DNA of 54,230 nucleotides, filler included, from Circinaria calcarea (taxonomy: Eukaryota): assembly GCA_051942165.1 (NCBI GenBank). It is 4 parts of 4 records of this genome, joined end to end, with 100 filler letters (N's around TTAATTAATTAA, not from the genome) between each part and the next. Parts side by side here need not be neighbours in the genome. Positions count along the whole stretch, not along the records: positions 27,197 to 40,667 come from JAVECS010000498.1; positions 40,768 to 54,230 come from JAVECS010000499.1; 2 more parts are not named here. The stretch is one strand, 5' to 3'. Of this stretch, positions 34,565-47,000 are shown piece after piece (the first letter of the stretch is position 1; every line of letters begins with the position of its first letter). The position numbers were made by a program, and so were the translations under genes. A model generated the notes under the pieces. That model worked only from the letters and a program-made list of their open reading frames with translations. It had not been told where the DNA came from and did no database searches.

Positions 34565-36628
34565 TCACTGTCCACGGTATTAGCATCGGTTCATTTAGGG
34601 AGTGGCATTTGGGTGTAAGCCTACAGAAATCTCATCCATGCCAAGATCGTCGCCGCCATTGATAGTAGGTTGGGCCACCCCGTTTGTCGTGGCGCCATCA
34701 TGTGCTCCGCTATTTGGTTCAAAATAGTCGACCATCTCTGCGTCCAACTCTTCGGCAGTCTTGGCCTTTGGACGTCCAGCTCGACGTGCGCCTCGACCAC
34801 GACCTCCACTGACACTAGCACGGGTAGCTTTACCGTCAACAGCACTCTTGGTGGCGTTAGTCTGCTTTGGTTGAGCTTTTGGTTTGCTATACCCCATCAT
34901 TATTATTGAATCGGACCATCTTGCTCGTAGAAATCTTACGTGATACGTTCACTCAGGCGCCGGGCTGATTCCGGCGGCGGAGCTCGGGAAGCATCAAGAA
35001 CGACTTCAATCTATAACCGTCAACATCTAAGAATTTGTTACACAACGGTTAAATTACCTTCATCGGACGGTCATCAATGCGGATACCATTGAGCTTAACG
35101 AGCGCATCATTGGCACTACCTGGCTTGCTAAAGATGATCATTGCAATGCCACGGCTGATACCGTTTGGACCGTAGGTAATAGTGACACGTTTGATTGGAC
35201 CAACGGTTTTTCCAAAGTATTCCTATATCGTAGAATTTGGCACCGAATTAGTCTATTCGTCTTTTCAGTATATCGAGCAAGTTTTCAAGGACTTTCGCGG
35301 AAAATATATAAGTATTGAGCGATCAATCGAATAAACACCGGCCTAGTGACGGTCCACCTCGAGAGAGCACCAGCGAGCGAGCAGCAAGCGTTAGTAAGTT
35401 AGTCCTTCAATCGACATTAACAGGGATCCAGATGTTAACGATCCATGAAGGCTCGACTGTCTTCCTTCCAGGACATAGATCTCAGGGTTCCAGTGCTTGA
35501 TACTCTCGGCCTTCATAGCGTTGTTGTCCATCCATTTACCACTGTACGACCCCTTCATAACCCTTCCATTCTAAACCAGGTGAAATTGGGTAACTACCCA
35601 TCTCCAAAGCGTCATCTTCAAGATGTACCCAACTATCGACAACCAGTAGTGCTAGCAAACGTCAATGAATCTGGCTACCTTTGCCTCGGTAGAAACTCTT
35701 TCCCCAAAGAACGTCCATTGGAGAGACTCAGCAGTAGGTCTGAATGGCACCAGGATTTGCCGATATGTGGTCAACTGAGCAAACTGAGTTGTCGGGGTCT
35801 GTACCAGTAGGTTCCGTGTCCGTGTGCATTGGGCGTACCAATAGAACTTGAAGTTCTGCTGACTTCCTATAATGCTGTGCTACTTTGCTGCTGCGCTACT
35901 CTCGCCACTCGGCTCGCTGGTGCTCAATTCCCCAGAATAGACGATACGTATCGTATGTTCTCGACCGTTGACCTCAAACACCGGTTTCACCTTCTGATCA
36001 TCTGCACTTGAGCTAACGAAGCATGTTTGCCAGACAGCTGTCGTAACAAGCCAAGTATTTGCAAGATGTGACAGGGACTTGACTTCATAGAGCTTTGCAT
36101 CAAGCTTGACATAAGCGAGCTAAAGCTTCTGGAAGGATCCTGAGAAGATAGCACCATCCGCCTTGGGCATATCATTCAATAAGTATGTCAGGTGTTCCAA
36201 TACGGCCGCCAGTCCATATATAATCCGATAGTAGCCACGAGTTTCGAAGTTCACAGAAGAGTTGGCGATAAAATTCCAAGGCTTAGGAAGGCCCATCGTT
36301 CAACATACCTTGATCTGGCGCTCATCTATATCGACAGGCTGAATTGTCGTTAGCATGTGGATTGACATTATCATTAATGTGTAAGGCTTACCAAGTTGTT
36401 CACAATGATCTTCGATTCACCATTCCCAGCAGCCGATCCATTGGGCATTGAAGGTTTTGCAGCAGGCTTGACCGCTCTGGTGCTTTTCTTGACACCATCA
36501 ACAGGAGCTGCAGTCGATTTCCTAGCAGGGTTGGGTGCACGGCGTCCACCACGACCACGAGCGCGACGAGCTCCTTCACGACGGGTATTGAGGATTTCGT
36601 CCAGAGATTGGTCTAACTTTCCGGACAT
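34565..36628 (-). CDS. YRA1: mRNA export adaptor Yra1/ALYREF (THO complex subunit 4), 6 exons: 36628-36392, 36338-36309, 35222-35058, 35010-34940, 34886-34625, 34567-34565
   Basis: N-box MSGKLDQSLDEIL; RRM SKIIVNNL|PVDIDERQIK|EYFGKTVGPIKRVTITYGPNGISRGIAMIIF; C-box KTAEELDAEMVDYF. In-frame GT-AG junctions. Confidence 0.93.
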
Positions 36629-37089
36629 TTCGAAGATTCTTCGAAAGTAAGTAAATGTGACTGGCAGTAGCAGTGAGCGTCTTTGGTTTTGCGGCTGACG
36701 CGACTGAGTAAACCGGTGGAGAATGTGTTAACACAGATTATGGCGGATTGTATGAATAAGTTCCTGGAGAGATACTTCTTGGGAGAATGACCAAGCTTGG
36801 TGGTCAGATTCTTCTGCGCGTGTAGCGGTGGCTGCCTAACGGCGTCTGGTAACGGTGACTTGGCTTTTGCGGAGATGATGCGATGTGGTTTGATGCGAGT
36901 AGGTGATGGTAGAGTAGTGGCGATATGATGATCACTAGAGAAAGATTTTGGCAGATAGTTTGATGAGTTGGTGAGGTGGAGAGAAGTGAGGTGGTGAAGC
37001 TGATGGCGATGAAGGATTCATTCAAAGCAGATTCGCGCTAGCCTAAGCCTAATCCGTTCCTAGACCCTCGATTCACTGGACCAACACTC

Positions 37090-37116
37090 TTCATGAAGTT
37101 CATGAAGTTCATGAAG
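37090..37116. repeat. Tandem repeat (TTCATGAAG)x3
   Basis: Three exact 9-nt units, each containing the palindrome TTCATGAA. Confidence 0.8.
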
Positions 37117-37489
37117 ATAATGCTTCATGTACGAGGGTATTCCGAGGGCGTATGCATATAGTCACTATGCAGTGTTTTGTCCACTTGGGCTGCACTGAAA
37201 CTTTGAAGGCAGAAATGTCTACCGGCGCTATCTGAGCTGCGCCTACTACGTATTCTATTGTTTTGACAAAGGTTCAATACGCAGGTAGTATCCCTCTGCC
37301 TGAATCACATAAGGACAAAGTCTTCCTTCTCCCCCCCAAGCCCTAGCTCTGGCTATGATAAATGGTAATTCTACCGTAATGGATACTAGTAGAGATCTAA
37401 AGCCTCCTAACCTGCGCCAGAACCTTTCAAGATAGTACACCTAAAAGTCAACCTGCAAGGTGGAGAACCTTTGAAAAAAAAAACCCCCC

Positions 37490-38226
37490 CTAACTCTTCA
37501 AAGCTTCCAATCGTCCTCGCATCTGAGCCAACGTTGCCTCTTGCTCCTCAAGATCTGCATCGGTCTCGATTGAGTCGGGTTCGGGCTCGACGTCCACCTT
37601 CGTTTTAGGTACCTCTGGTGTCTTCAACACCTCTCCAAGGACCTTGTCTACTTCAGCCTCTGCTTCCTCATCCTCACCTTCCAAAAGCTCGTCATCCGGT
37701 ATGATATCGCCCACCATTTCCTCAATGATGCCAGCTTTCATCAGCTCTTGACTCAGCTCCCTCATCGTACCAGTGAGCTGTGGTAATCGCACCAAGCTGT
37801 TGACATCCTTCATAATCCCCGTAGATGCTCTGATACTCCCCTCGATCTTGCGCACCGAAAATGCCTCATTCACCTGCATCTGCACACTATGAAGTTGCGC
37901 TTTGCTCGTAGCCAGCCTGGAGCTCTGTTTTCGTATCCTGATCATTTCCCGAGCAAAAGTTCTGGTCTCGGCTGCTGCCTGTTTGGCTTGGGATGGGTTG
38001 CGCTGGGCTCGTTTGGAGGCTTGAACGATGTATTGACGGGTCTTTGACTCCAACTGCTTGAGCTGTAGCATATCACGGTCAAGTTTCCGGGTATTAGAGC
38101 GTATGAGGGTGTTGCATTTTCGCATCTGTCCCTCATGTCAGTCTTCTCGGCCCTTGGAGGGATTCCAAGGTGACTGACTTGCACAGCAGGATCCGGCTTC
38201 CAGAAAACCGATTTGAATGTCTCCAT
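37490..38226 (-). CDS. VPS24: ESCRT-III subunit Vps24/CHMP3, 2 exons (38226-38179, 38125-37490)
   Basis: Snf7-family helices: KPDPAVQ|MRKCNTLIRSNTRKLDR, SKAQLHSVQMQVNE, MRELSQELMKAGIIEEM, C-terminal MIM MRGRLEALKS. Confidence 0.95.
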
Positions 38227-38731
38227 GCTTATGAATGTGTGGAGATTGTGATCCGCTCCGAAGCTTGAGTTATATTCAGCAACTTTTACCCTGGGAATAT
38301 CGTAGAGTGAGATAGATAGTTAAGCTGTGGAGCTTGGGGAAACAGGCCCGAGTTTAGGGTCAACCGAGGGGCCATGGAGGGGTGTTCCTACAAAGGGGAT
38401 ATTCATCCTTCCTGAAATTCTGACACCGGGAACAGGTACTGGATGGTTTGACGGTCCAAGGTAACAATTTGTCAATACCAACGTTGTTTCTATGGGCTTG
38501 CTGTTATCGCGGTCGCATATCAAAGAAGGCTGTTGAGCATTTCGACGCACTTCCATTGAGCTCCATGCTCAGCCCTACGACCTTACAAACGAGATAAACT
38601 TCACCAGTTGAAGATCTCTCGCATCCAAAACACCAGATTAACGGCCAAATACCGTCGCTTCACCTTGACTATCTCGTTAGGTAATACTTCTTGGACTTAA
38701 TCACATCAACCAATCCTCCCCGACACTCAGC

Positions 38732-39709
38732 ATGTCAGCGAAAGAAGTCACTCCAGAAGGTAGGTTTCAGACAACTCCTGGCCCTTGAACCTTTCTGAAT
38801 CCTACTCACCAACAACCTTAGTCCTCTGGGCTCAGCGCTCCTCAAGTAGTGAGCCGGAGAAGAACGTCATCTACCTTACCATCTCTGTTCCTGATGTCCC
38901 AGCCTCCTCCATTAAAGTCGATCTCAAGCCCACCAGCCTTACCTTTACTGGCCACTCTGAAACCAAAAAAACCACCTATCACGTTGAGCTGGAATTCTAC
39001 GGCGAGATCGACGTTGAAAACAGCAAGAAGAACCACACACCTAGAGATGTGGAGTTTGTGCTAAGGAAGAAGGAGATGAAGGAGGAATACTGGCCAAGGC
39101 TGTTGAAAGAAAGCAAGAAGGTGCATTTCTTGAAGACGGATTTCGACAAGGTATGTTCTCATTGAAGAGAGATGACGAGCTGGTGTATTGACTGCGAATA
39201 GTGGGTCGACGAGGATGAACAAAATGAGAAACCAGATGATTCAGACTACATGAATAACATGGGCGGAGGAATGGGTGGTATGCCCGGCATGGGAGACATG
39301 GGTGGTATGGGTGGTATGGGTGGTATGGGTGGCATGGGCGGTGATGGCGGTTTTGGCGGAATCGGTTCGTTTTTCCCTTATCACAGTCCTACATACCTCA
39401 CTAACAAACGACCTCTAGATTTCTCAAAACTTGGCGGTGGCGCAGGAATGCCTGATCTTGGCGATATGGGCGATATGAACATGCCCGCCGGTGCAGGCGG
39501 TGAGGACGTAAGCTGCTCTCCCCTTCCCGTCAACCGCCCTTGAATTAACTAACTCCCCCTCCTTGCAGTCCGACGACGACATGCCCGAGCTTCAAGACGA
39601 AGCAGCAGGAGGCGAAAAGAAAGTATCCGCTACTGAGAAAGTCGCCGACGAAGATGTCATGGGTGTCCCTGGAAGCAAAGACGCTCCCAAGATCGAAGAG
39701 GTCTCTTAG
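38732..39709 (+). CDS. SBA1: Hsp90 co-chaperone p23 (Sba1/Wos2), 5 exons (38732-38759, 38822-39150, 39202-39364, 39419-39507, 39569-39709)
   Basis: TPE|VLWAQRS, CS domain, EYWPRLLKE..KVHFLKTDFDK|WVDEDEQ, GM-rich tail. A possible 50-nt 5'-UTR intron lies at 38681-38730. Confidence 0.95.
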
Positions 39710-40667
39710 AAAGACAACAGGGACGGAAACTTATCTGTATTGTCGACTGTGTCAGATCGAAAGCATACCATGTTATGTGCCTTTGCGGTTGTCATGGTCG
39801 GTTGCAATGCGAATGTGAAATGAATAGGGTAGCGGGCTGCAAAAAGCGAGAAGTTTATTGCGTCTCGGTACCTTTTAGACGTAACTCCATACTGTTGAAA
39901 ACATGACTGCATACGAATCGAATGAACAGCTCGGGAGCGTGAGTTCTTTTCTCGGTTTCTCAATCCGGTACGGTACCGTCCTCTATACATTCCCATCCTC
40001 AGACCCCACTTGCTTGCACATGGACCCAAGGGCCTTTGTAAACTTTTATTCGCTTTTACTAGAATTTCTCCGAGGTCAAGGCTAATCTGTCCGTCTGATC
40101 TCGTCCCATCTACCGTACCAGTAGATCTTGCTTATTCTTTACATGTTCTTCATATCCTTGTTTCTTTACATGTTTCTTCCAAACTAACGACCCAAAACGA
40201 CCCCTAACGACCCAACCAACCACCCGGATTGCACGTACGGACGGACTGGCCTGGACTGAACTGGAATACTTTGGAATACGACGGGCCCCCTCTGATAAAA
40301 AACTAAACTCTGTATCGATGCTTGAGTCCCAAAAGGGCAAAGGGAAGGGGCGGTTTTTGTCGCTTTTCCTCTCCTCCTTCTCCTGCTCTCCTTCTACTCT
40401 TCTCCTCCCCTCCCGCTCTCCTCTAATCCTGAGATCTCTCTTTTCTTTCCTCGTCTTCGACACCATGGACTGTGGTACGTACAGTATAGCCCAAAACCCA
40501 AAAGCGTGAAATACAAAACGGAAAACGAAAAAAACGGACAAGGAACGCAGCACTCACTCTAGTACCCATCTTCCTCTTCTCCCCCTCCCTCTCCCTCTCC
40601 TCTCTCCTCTCTCCTGCCTTACCTTACCTTCCTTCCAGCACCTTTTAACCAACCCACTCCCCCAACC

Positions 40668-40767
40668 NNNNNNNNNNNNNNNNNNNNNNNNNNNNNNNNN
40701 NNNNNNNNNNNTTAATTAATTAANNNNNNNNNNNNNNNNNNNNNNNNNNNNNNNNNNNNNNNNNNNN
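40668..40767. other. Assembly gap spacer
   Basis: N44-TTAATTAATTAA-N44. Confidence 0.98.
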
Positions 40768-40997
40768 AGTATTTTGAGGGAATGGTGAATGAAAAGGCAA
40801 CGGATGAAACGGTGGCGCATATGAGCATGTTTACGCCGAGGGATAATCCGGGGTATTATGCGATGAGTGAGAGGGCGAAGGAATTGGTGGTTGGGTGGGT
40901 GGATAGGGGTTGGTACGAGGGTAGTGAAGGGGAGGGAGAGGAGAAGGGGTTAGAAGATGAGGAAGAAGGGGATGAGGAAGGAGTGATGGTCGATTAA
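40768..40997 (+). CDS. C-terminal fragment of a conserved fungal protein, probably a DUF676-like alpha/beta hydrolase (5' part in gap)
   Basis: [44 protein letters not shown] with a candidate catalytic His, then an acidic tail. Family assignment is from recall only. Confidence 0.5.
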
Positions 40998-41739
40998 GCG
41001 GAGATGCTGGCTTCTTACGGTGGATGTAGAGGACCAGGCGAAATGGCATTTCCGGATATAGAGTAGAATCATTAGCGGAGGTTCCTGTCACGCAAAATGG
41101 GTATGCGGAAGCAATTTCTCTACTGTACATAATCGGATATAGAGCTATTCCTTTTTCGAGCTATGATTGCGTCGAATTCAAACCCACAGCAATAGGGTCT
41201 AGAACCCTTTCCATCTCGTAATTCATAATTCCTTCCCTTTCCCCCTTGCTTAATTCTCGTTTCACACATGAAGTCTGGTATCACTGAAGTTCGAATGTTC
41301 AAATGCATCGGATCGGTGTGCAGGATACAGGTCATCTAGGTACCCGCATTCGCCAGGACACTATCACGGACATGAGATATGCGACCCGTTCCCACTTCTC
41401 CCAACACTTTTAAGCCATCATTTCCCCCCTTTTTCCCCCAGCCAGCGCCAGGCAAAGATATTCATCTCCACCACCGCCAAACTCCTTCCTTATACAATTC
41501 CACGGGCCGAACTGACTCACGGGTCCAGTTAGTTTCTCGATTCAATAGCTGTTGCTTGTTTGAAACGTCTTACAAGGAAAAGGAGGCTGAGGCCGTAGCG
41601 ATTTCAGCGGGTGACGGAGGAACAGTACTCCTAGGGCTAAGATTCCTATACCACCCCATGATTCAGAATGCGCTGAGACTCACTTGACTTCTCTTTCTCA
41701 CCATCTCTCGAAAATACATCTACCCTGAAATGGATCAAG

Positions 41740-43921
41740 ATGTTATGTGAACTCTGTAAACCTATCGCCGTTGCTTGTCTACGTGATAACGACTACGACC
41801 ATCAGCCTGATCTTGCAGCTCTGAAGGCTTCTGCTGACGCGCACTGCGATTTCTGTCAGTTATTGTGGACATGTCTGATTCGGACATGCCATCGCGATGC
41901 TATTGACTCGCATCTCCAAGGACGAGTCTATGGCAAGAAGGGAGTAACTGACACTGCGATTCGAATTTGCGGTGAGTTTCATGATAGCGAACAGCTTCAT
42001 CCAGACAATCTATGAGAGAGCCAGATTTTGGTATACTCGGGAGAGAGTAGGGAGATGTGTATGTCGAGCTCAAGGGGCACTGAAGTGGGCACTGAAGTAT
42101 GGGGCAAGCTGAGAGTCTATGCCTTACCAGGTAAGAAACCGCTCCATTACAGATTATGCATAATCAATGTCTGTTGTTGGAAGTACGGATCTTCAGCGTG
42201 GCTTGGACTATCTTGTACATGAAATCTAGTATATCTATTTGGAGCAGGAAACTCGACTTAGGTGTCAACTCGTTGACTCTCAGCTAGACGATCCGTCATC
42301 TTTGTATCTGATGGGACGAGAGATAACGAGAGCACCGTCTGAAGATTCCAACTTCAGAGCCGTAGAGCGTTGGTTGAACTTTTGTGACAAGAATCACAAT
42401 TGCCGTCTAGAAGACTTGTCACCTTTGCCTGCCAGAGTCCTTGATATTGGACAGCCCGATGGAACTGCGGATCCGTTCTTGTCCGTCAACCCAAATCGCC
42501 GTGGTAGATACGTTGCGCTTTCTTATTGCTGGGGTAATGGGCAAAAAACCATCACAACTCGGCACACTCTCGAAAAGTTTCGCATTGGCATTCAAACCTC
42601 AACGTTATCCCAGTCTTTGCAGGACGCTGTTATGATCACACGAAGGCTCGGGCTTCGGTATTTGTGGATTGATGCGTTATGTATCATTCAGAAAGAAGAC
42701 GATCTCAAGGATTTTTTGGTCGAATCGCAAAAGATGGCACAGTATTACGGTAACGCTTACCTCACACTTGTGGCCGGCTCCGCCGCAGACTGTCAAGACG
42801 GAATTCTGGCTATACGACCGCAGCCAGCGAGACATTGCAGGCTGGTCTACAGTCGGCCAGGTGGTTTAGGAGACAATCGGGCTGACCCGATTCATAGCTT
42901 TGTATATGCTTGTCTGCCAGTTTCTAGCAAAGTCGGTCCCATCGAAGGGAGGGCCTGGACACTTCAGGAAGCTATACTCAGTCCTCGATTGCTAGTTTAC
43001 GGGCAAGAGCAGATATCATTCACCTGTCAGCGAAGAACAATCTACGAGGATGGTACCTCCTCCCCAGCTCAATGGAAAAACCAGGCCAGACATACAAAAA
43101 CACCAAGGTTAGACGTTATAGCGCAACGTCCCAACCCCGCTCTGGTGAAAGCGGAGATGCTTCGTGAATGGTATAATATAGTACACCAGTACACGGTCCG
43201 AAACATGAAAGACCCTAACGACAAGCTGACAGCGTTGGTGGGGATAGCAGAGCGCATATCCAACACACTCCGGTGCAAGTATCTCTTTGGATTGTGGGAA
43301 GACGATCTGATCCGTGGATTGTTATGGAGGAGTGGCGTCCTTCTTGGCATCAAAGAATTTAATTCCCCTCTTCATAGGCCGGACATCAAGCGCGCGCCAT
43401 CTTGGTCATGGGCATGTGTGGACGGCCCCGTTCGCATACAGTATCTTGAGCGGCAAGAGAGTATATATTGCAACCCTGGAAACTACAAGGTTAAGATACT
43501 CGGCCATTCAATACCCACGGCTTCGTTTGATCCGATACGCATGCATTGCTCCTTCCAGCTGAAACTACAAGGCGTTCTGAAGTCCGTCCGGAGGTCTCGC
43601 GCTGATATTACCCAATACAGACCCAAAACCATGGTCAACGCCAATAAAGCTAGAGTCAAAGAACATGTCATATTCTTAGAGCCTGCTGACGCGCCTAACG
43701 GTGAAATACAGAATTCTACTGAGATGAAAGTAGTCGGGCTCGGCTTACCTGATATACTAGAAGAGTTTCCGGCGAGCCTCCTGTGCACTCGATTGATTTC
43801 GCAGGAAGGGCTGCTGTTGGCGTCGATTGGGGGTGGAATGTACCGGCGTATTGGCGTCTTTTGGGTTGAAGATGAGGATTGGTTCAGTCAATACGAGACG
43901 GAGGATTTTATCCTAATCTGA
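41740..43921 (+). pseudogene. HET-domain (heterokaryon incompatibility) gene, exons 41740-42130 and 42288-43921, with one in-frame TGA at 42013-42015 in exon 1
   Basis: MLCELC..HQPDLAALKASA..CDFCQLL N-terminus; HET core LPARVLDI..YVALSYCWG..LQDAVMITRRLGLRYLWIDALCIIQ..MAQYYGNAYLTL..RAWTLQE..APSWSWA. Exon 2 is fully open. Confidence 0.8.
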
Positions 43922-44099
43922 CTTTGATCTACCCTTTTTCCAATTCTTGCTTTCTCTTTCTCGCTATCACGCCAACTGCCTAGTCGTATTTCCCAGAAAG
44001 GGGAGTAATTCCCGTGGCTGGGTATTATTTGCTATATCTTGATGGCGAACCTTCCAAACAGTCGATATATGTTGATACTAACAGATGCTATCGAAATAT

Positions 44100-47000
44100 T
44101 AATCCGGGGGAAGTCCTTCCCCAGGCCACCTGATCCCGCTAAGTTGGTGGTTGATTGCGGCTCGAGTACTAACTAATAATCCTGCTCGCTCAAAAGTGGG
44201 CTTGACTATCTCATTCTGCAAATAGTGGCTATTGGGCTGCCTGTAGGTCCCGATCGAATTTGATCCCTTGGCATAGGCGTAATGATGGGTCAATTAATGA
44301 AAGACTTTGGATCAAAATTCTAGAATCTTCTGTGAAGACTGGTGAAGAGGACTGTCAGAGATACTTTGATCAACAGATTAGGAGAATCTTCGATCCGTAG
44401 TCAATCCGGCAAGTAGATGCTGTCACCATGTATAGATAATATTCATTGAAATCGTCCATAAAAAAACACTGTAATACCCCATAACATACCGGAGTTGATA
44501 ATTCATAATATGGTAAAATCAACAGGTTCTGGAGCTTTGTGGGTTTGCGTAAGAAGTTTGCGGACGAGCTTATCTGTGGACTACTGTAACCTAGTTTTGT
44601 CGAGGATCTCTTTGTCTTCTTCGTACTTTGTCCTCATTGCCAGATATTCCTGCGCGACGCTTTCGATTCTTTCCCTTCCGACACAGCTGGGTGTATGTAT
44701 ACACAAGAAGCGTAGGGGGCTGGTCATATTCCGTTTAGTCAATTGAGAGCTTGACTACCTCCTTTTCCGAAAGTATGTGGTTTCTGGTTGGAGTAACCAC
44801 CAGATGGCTGTTGCCACTTGAGCGGTTATGAACTATAGTGAGTACGGTATCCGGGTAGCAATTTATTCGCTACGGGCCAAGTCGTGGCGCACTGCCAGGC
44901 ATGACGCATGATAACCCGAGTCTCCCCGGGTTGAGTGTTACGGAAAATGGATCTTTCCTGTTGACAATCGGCCCCTCTTTCTCGAACATGACGTTTTCCT
45001 GCGGTGAAGGGATTCAGGTTGTCCAGACTTTCTTGCCCGTGGATATCGTTGGCCCAGGTACTTATGCCGTGGTAGTTCATGATACGGTAGTGTCACCGTA
45101 CCCACGCTGCCCTCGGCAAGAAGAACCTGGTACAGTTTAGCATTATTAGTTGCACAGATGGTCTGGGTTTTTGACCTTGCCAACGCTCTTCCTTTCTTGG
45201 TTTTCCTGGCGTTGGAGGTCGTGCCACTCTATATCTTTCCCGTAGTATGTGCAATGCCATTTCATATCGGCATAATCAACCCAGCCCCACTCCTTAGTCC
45301 ATCCTTTTATTTTCATCATCTCAAATAGTTTCTCCCCTTCAGCTTGCTCACTTAGGGTCTCTCACCCCTGACGGGGCAAGATTTGTGCTCGATTGAGCGA
45401 GGATCCTCAGTAACTGTTGTAGCCCGCCGTCCTAGGCTTGACAATTTTCTTATCCATAGTGACGTTCAAAACCCTTCGCATGATAGCCACTTTGCGAATA
45501 AATGATCCGGGAACCACTGTTCTGGGGATAATATCCGCCTTTACTTCACCTATAGTGACACCGCGCTCCATTCCTGCCTTTCTCAGAAATTCGTAGGCTG
45601 TCATTTACCCATGGCATACAACTCGTCAGCTAAAAGCCGTGCTGGGTTGATAAGAGAAGAAGCATAAGCCAAAGGGCTTACCCAAGCAGCTTTAGACATC
45701 CCATGAACGAAAAGCAATAATAGCTGGTTTTTCAATTAATAAGTTTCGAGCAGGCATCGCATGGAGAAAATACAGGCTCGTCTAGGATGTTGCCTTAAAA
45801 CCCGGAATTCATAAACCGACAGATGGCCGGATTATACGTACGGAACTTTGAGTATGTAAAGACTTTTTTACAAAACTATCCAGCACCCATCGAGCTTTAG
45901 CCTGTCTGGCGAGCCAGGAGCATCGGTTTTCGTCAGGGATGTCGTCGTCTGACCTACAGTGCTGTGCGTTTATTAATTACCCACTTTGCCGGCAAAATCA
46001 TCCCGTTCTGCCTGCAGAGTATTGGTCGAATGTGTAATCGGTGACATCAATTGCGAGATTTCTTCATCTAGGCTGCAAAGCCTTCGGATTCGCTATACGT
46101 AACCAGGTCTTTCGTCAGAGCCATTCTTGGCTTAGAGGCTTGCACAGCTCCCATTGCTATTGGGGTCCCTCGGCGAATCAATCCTGCCCATCGTAATGCC
46201 TTCTCCTGCTCCAAATCTGCGATTATATAGATCTTTTTGTTCGGTAGAGATATGAGGAAGCGCAATTTCCTTTCATCATCCGTGGGCTGAAATACTGACG
46301 CAAAGCTCTTGAGTTTGGTAAATTTGACCTAGGAAGTTGTGGGTAGAAGAGAAAATTTAGGGCTGAACCGTTTATATTTACTCCGCCTAATTAGGCTCCT
46401 CACCTACGATACCCAGCATCGCCAAGACATTGATCGCTAGCCTAGGGACGAGACCTATTAGACCAACTGGTTATGTCTAATTCATCGAAGATATTGAAGA
46501 TCGCTGTAGTTTTACCCTTGGGAAAGGACGAAAAATAACGGTTTATTGATGGTGGGCGCTGCATGATTTACCTCTTTGTCTTCGAGAAGTTTCTCCATAC
46601 TTTTCAAGTAGCCCAAGATTTTACCTTCTCAAGCTCAGGGGAGCGTAGCATTGCGAAAAGGTGAATGCATTCTCAACACGTCAAAAGTCAGTCCCTGGTC
46701 TATGTGTCCACACGAGACACCTATATCGAAACCTCCAATATATCCACCGAATGCGCATATATGGTTGGCGGCACCGAATCAGGATCTCCAACGAGCCTAA
46801 TCGCGTTTTGTTTTCATAGGTATTTCCTTTTATCTCCCGTCGAACACTTTAGGATTTCGCTATTCGATTTGTATTTAAAACACAGACTTCATGCGTAATT
46901 TAATCGAGTTCATGTTTGGGCCACCACCTTAGTATCACTTTCGCTACCGATGTTGAGCTTCAGGTACTGGCAGCTAATTTCCTAACAAACTCTTCATTTG

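Noticed and set aside
40100..40667. Short repeats (AACGACCC x3, CTCTC tracts) and a possible ATGGACTGTG|gtacgt first exon at about 40465
   Set aside because: Simple-sequence promoter/UTR DNA at a contig end. The putative exon cannot be connected to anything because of the gap.
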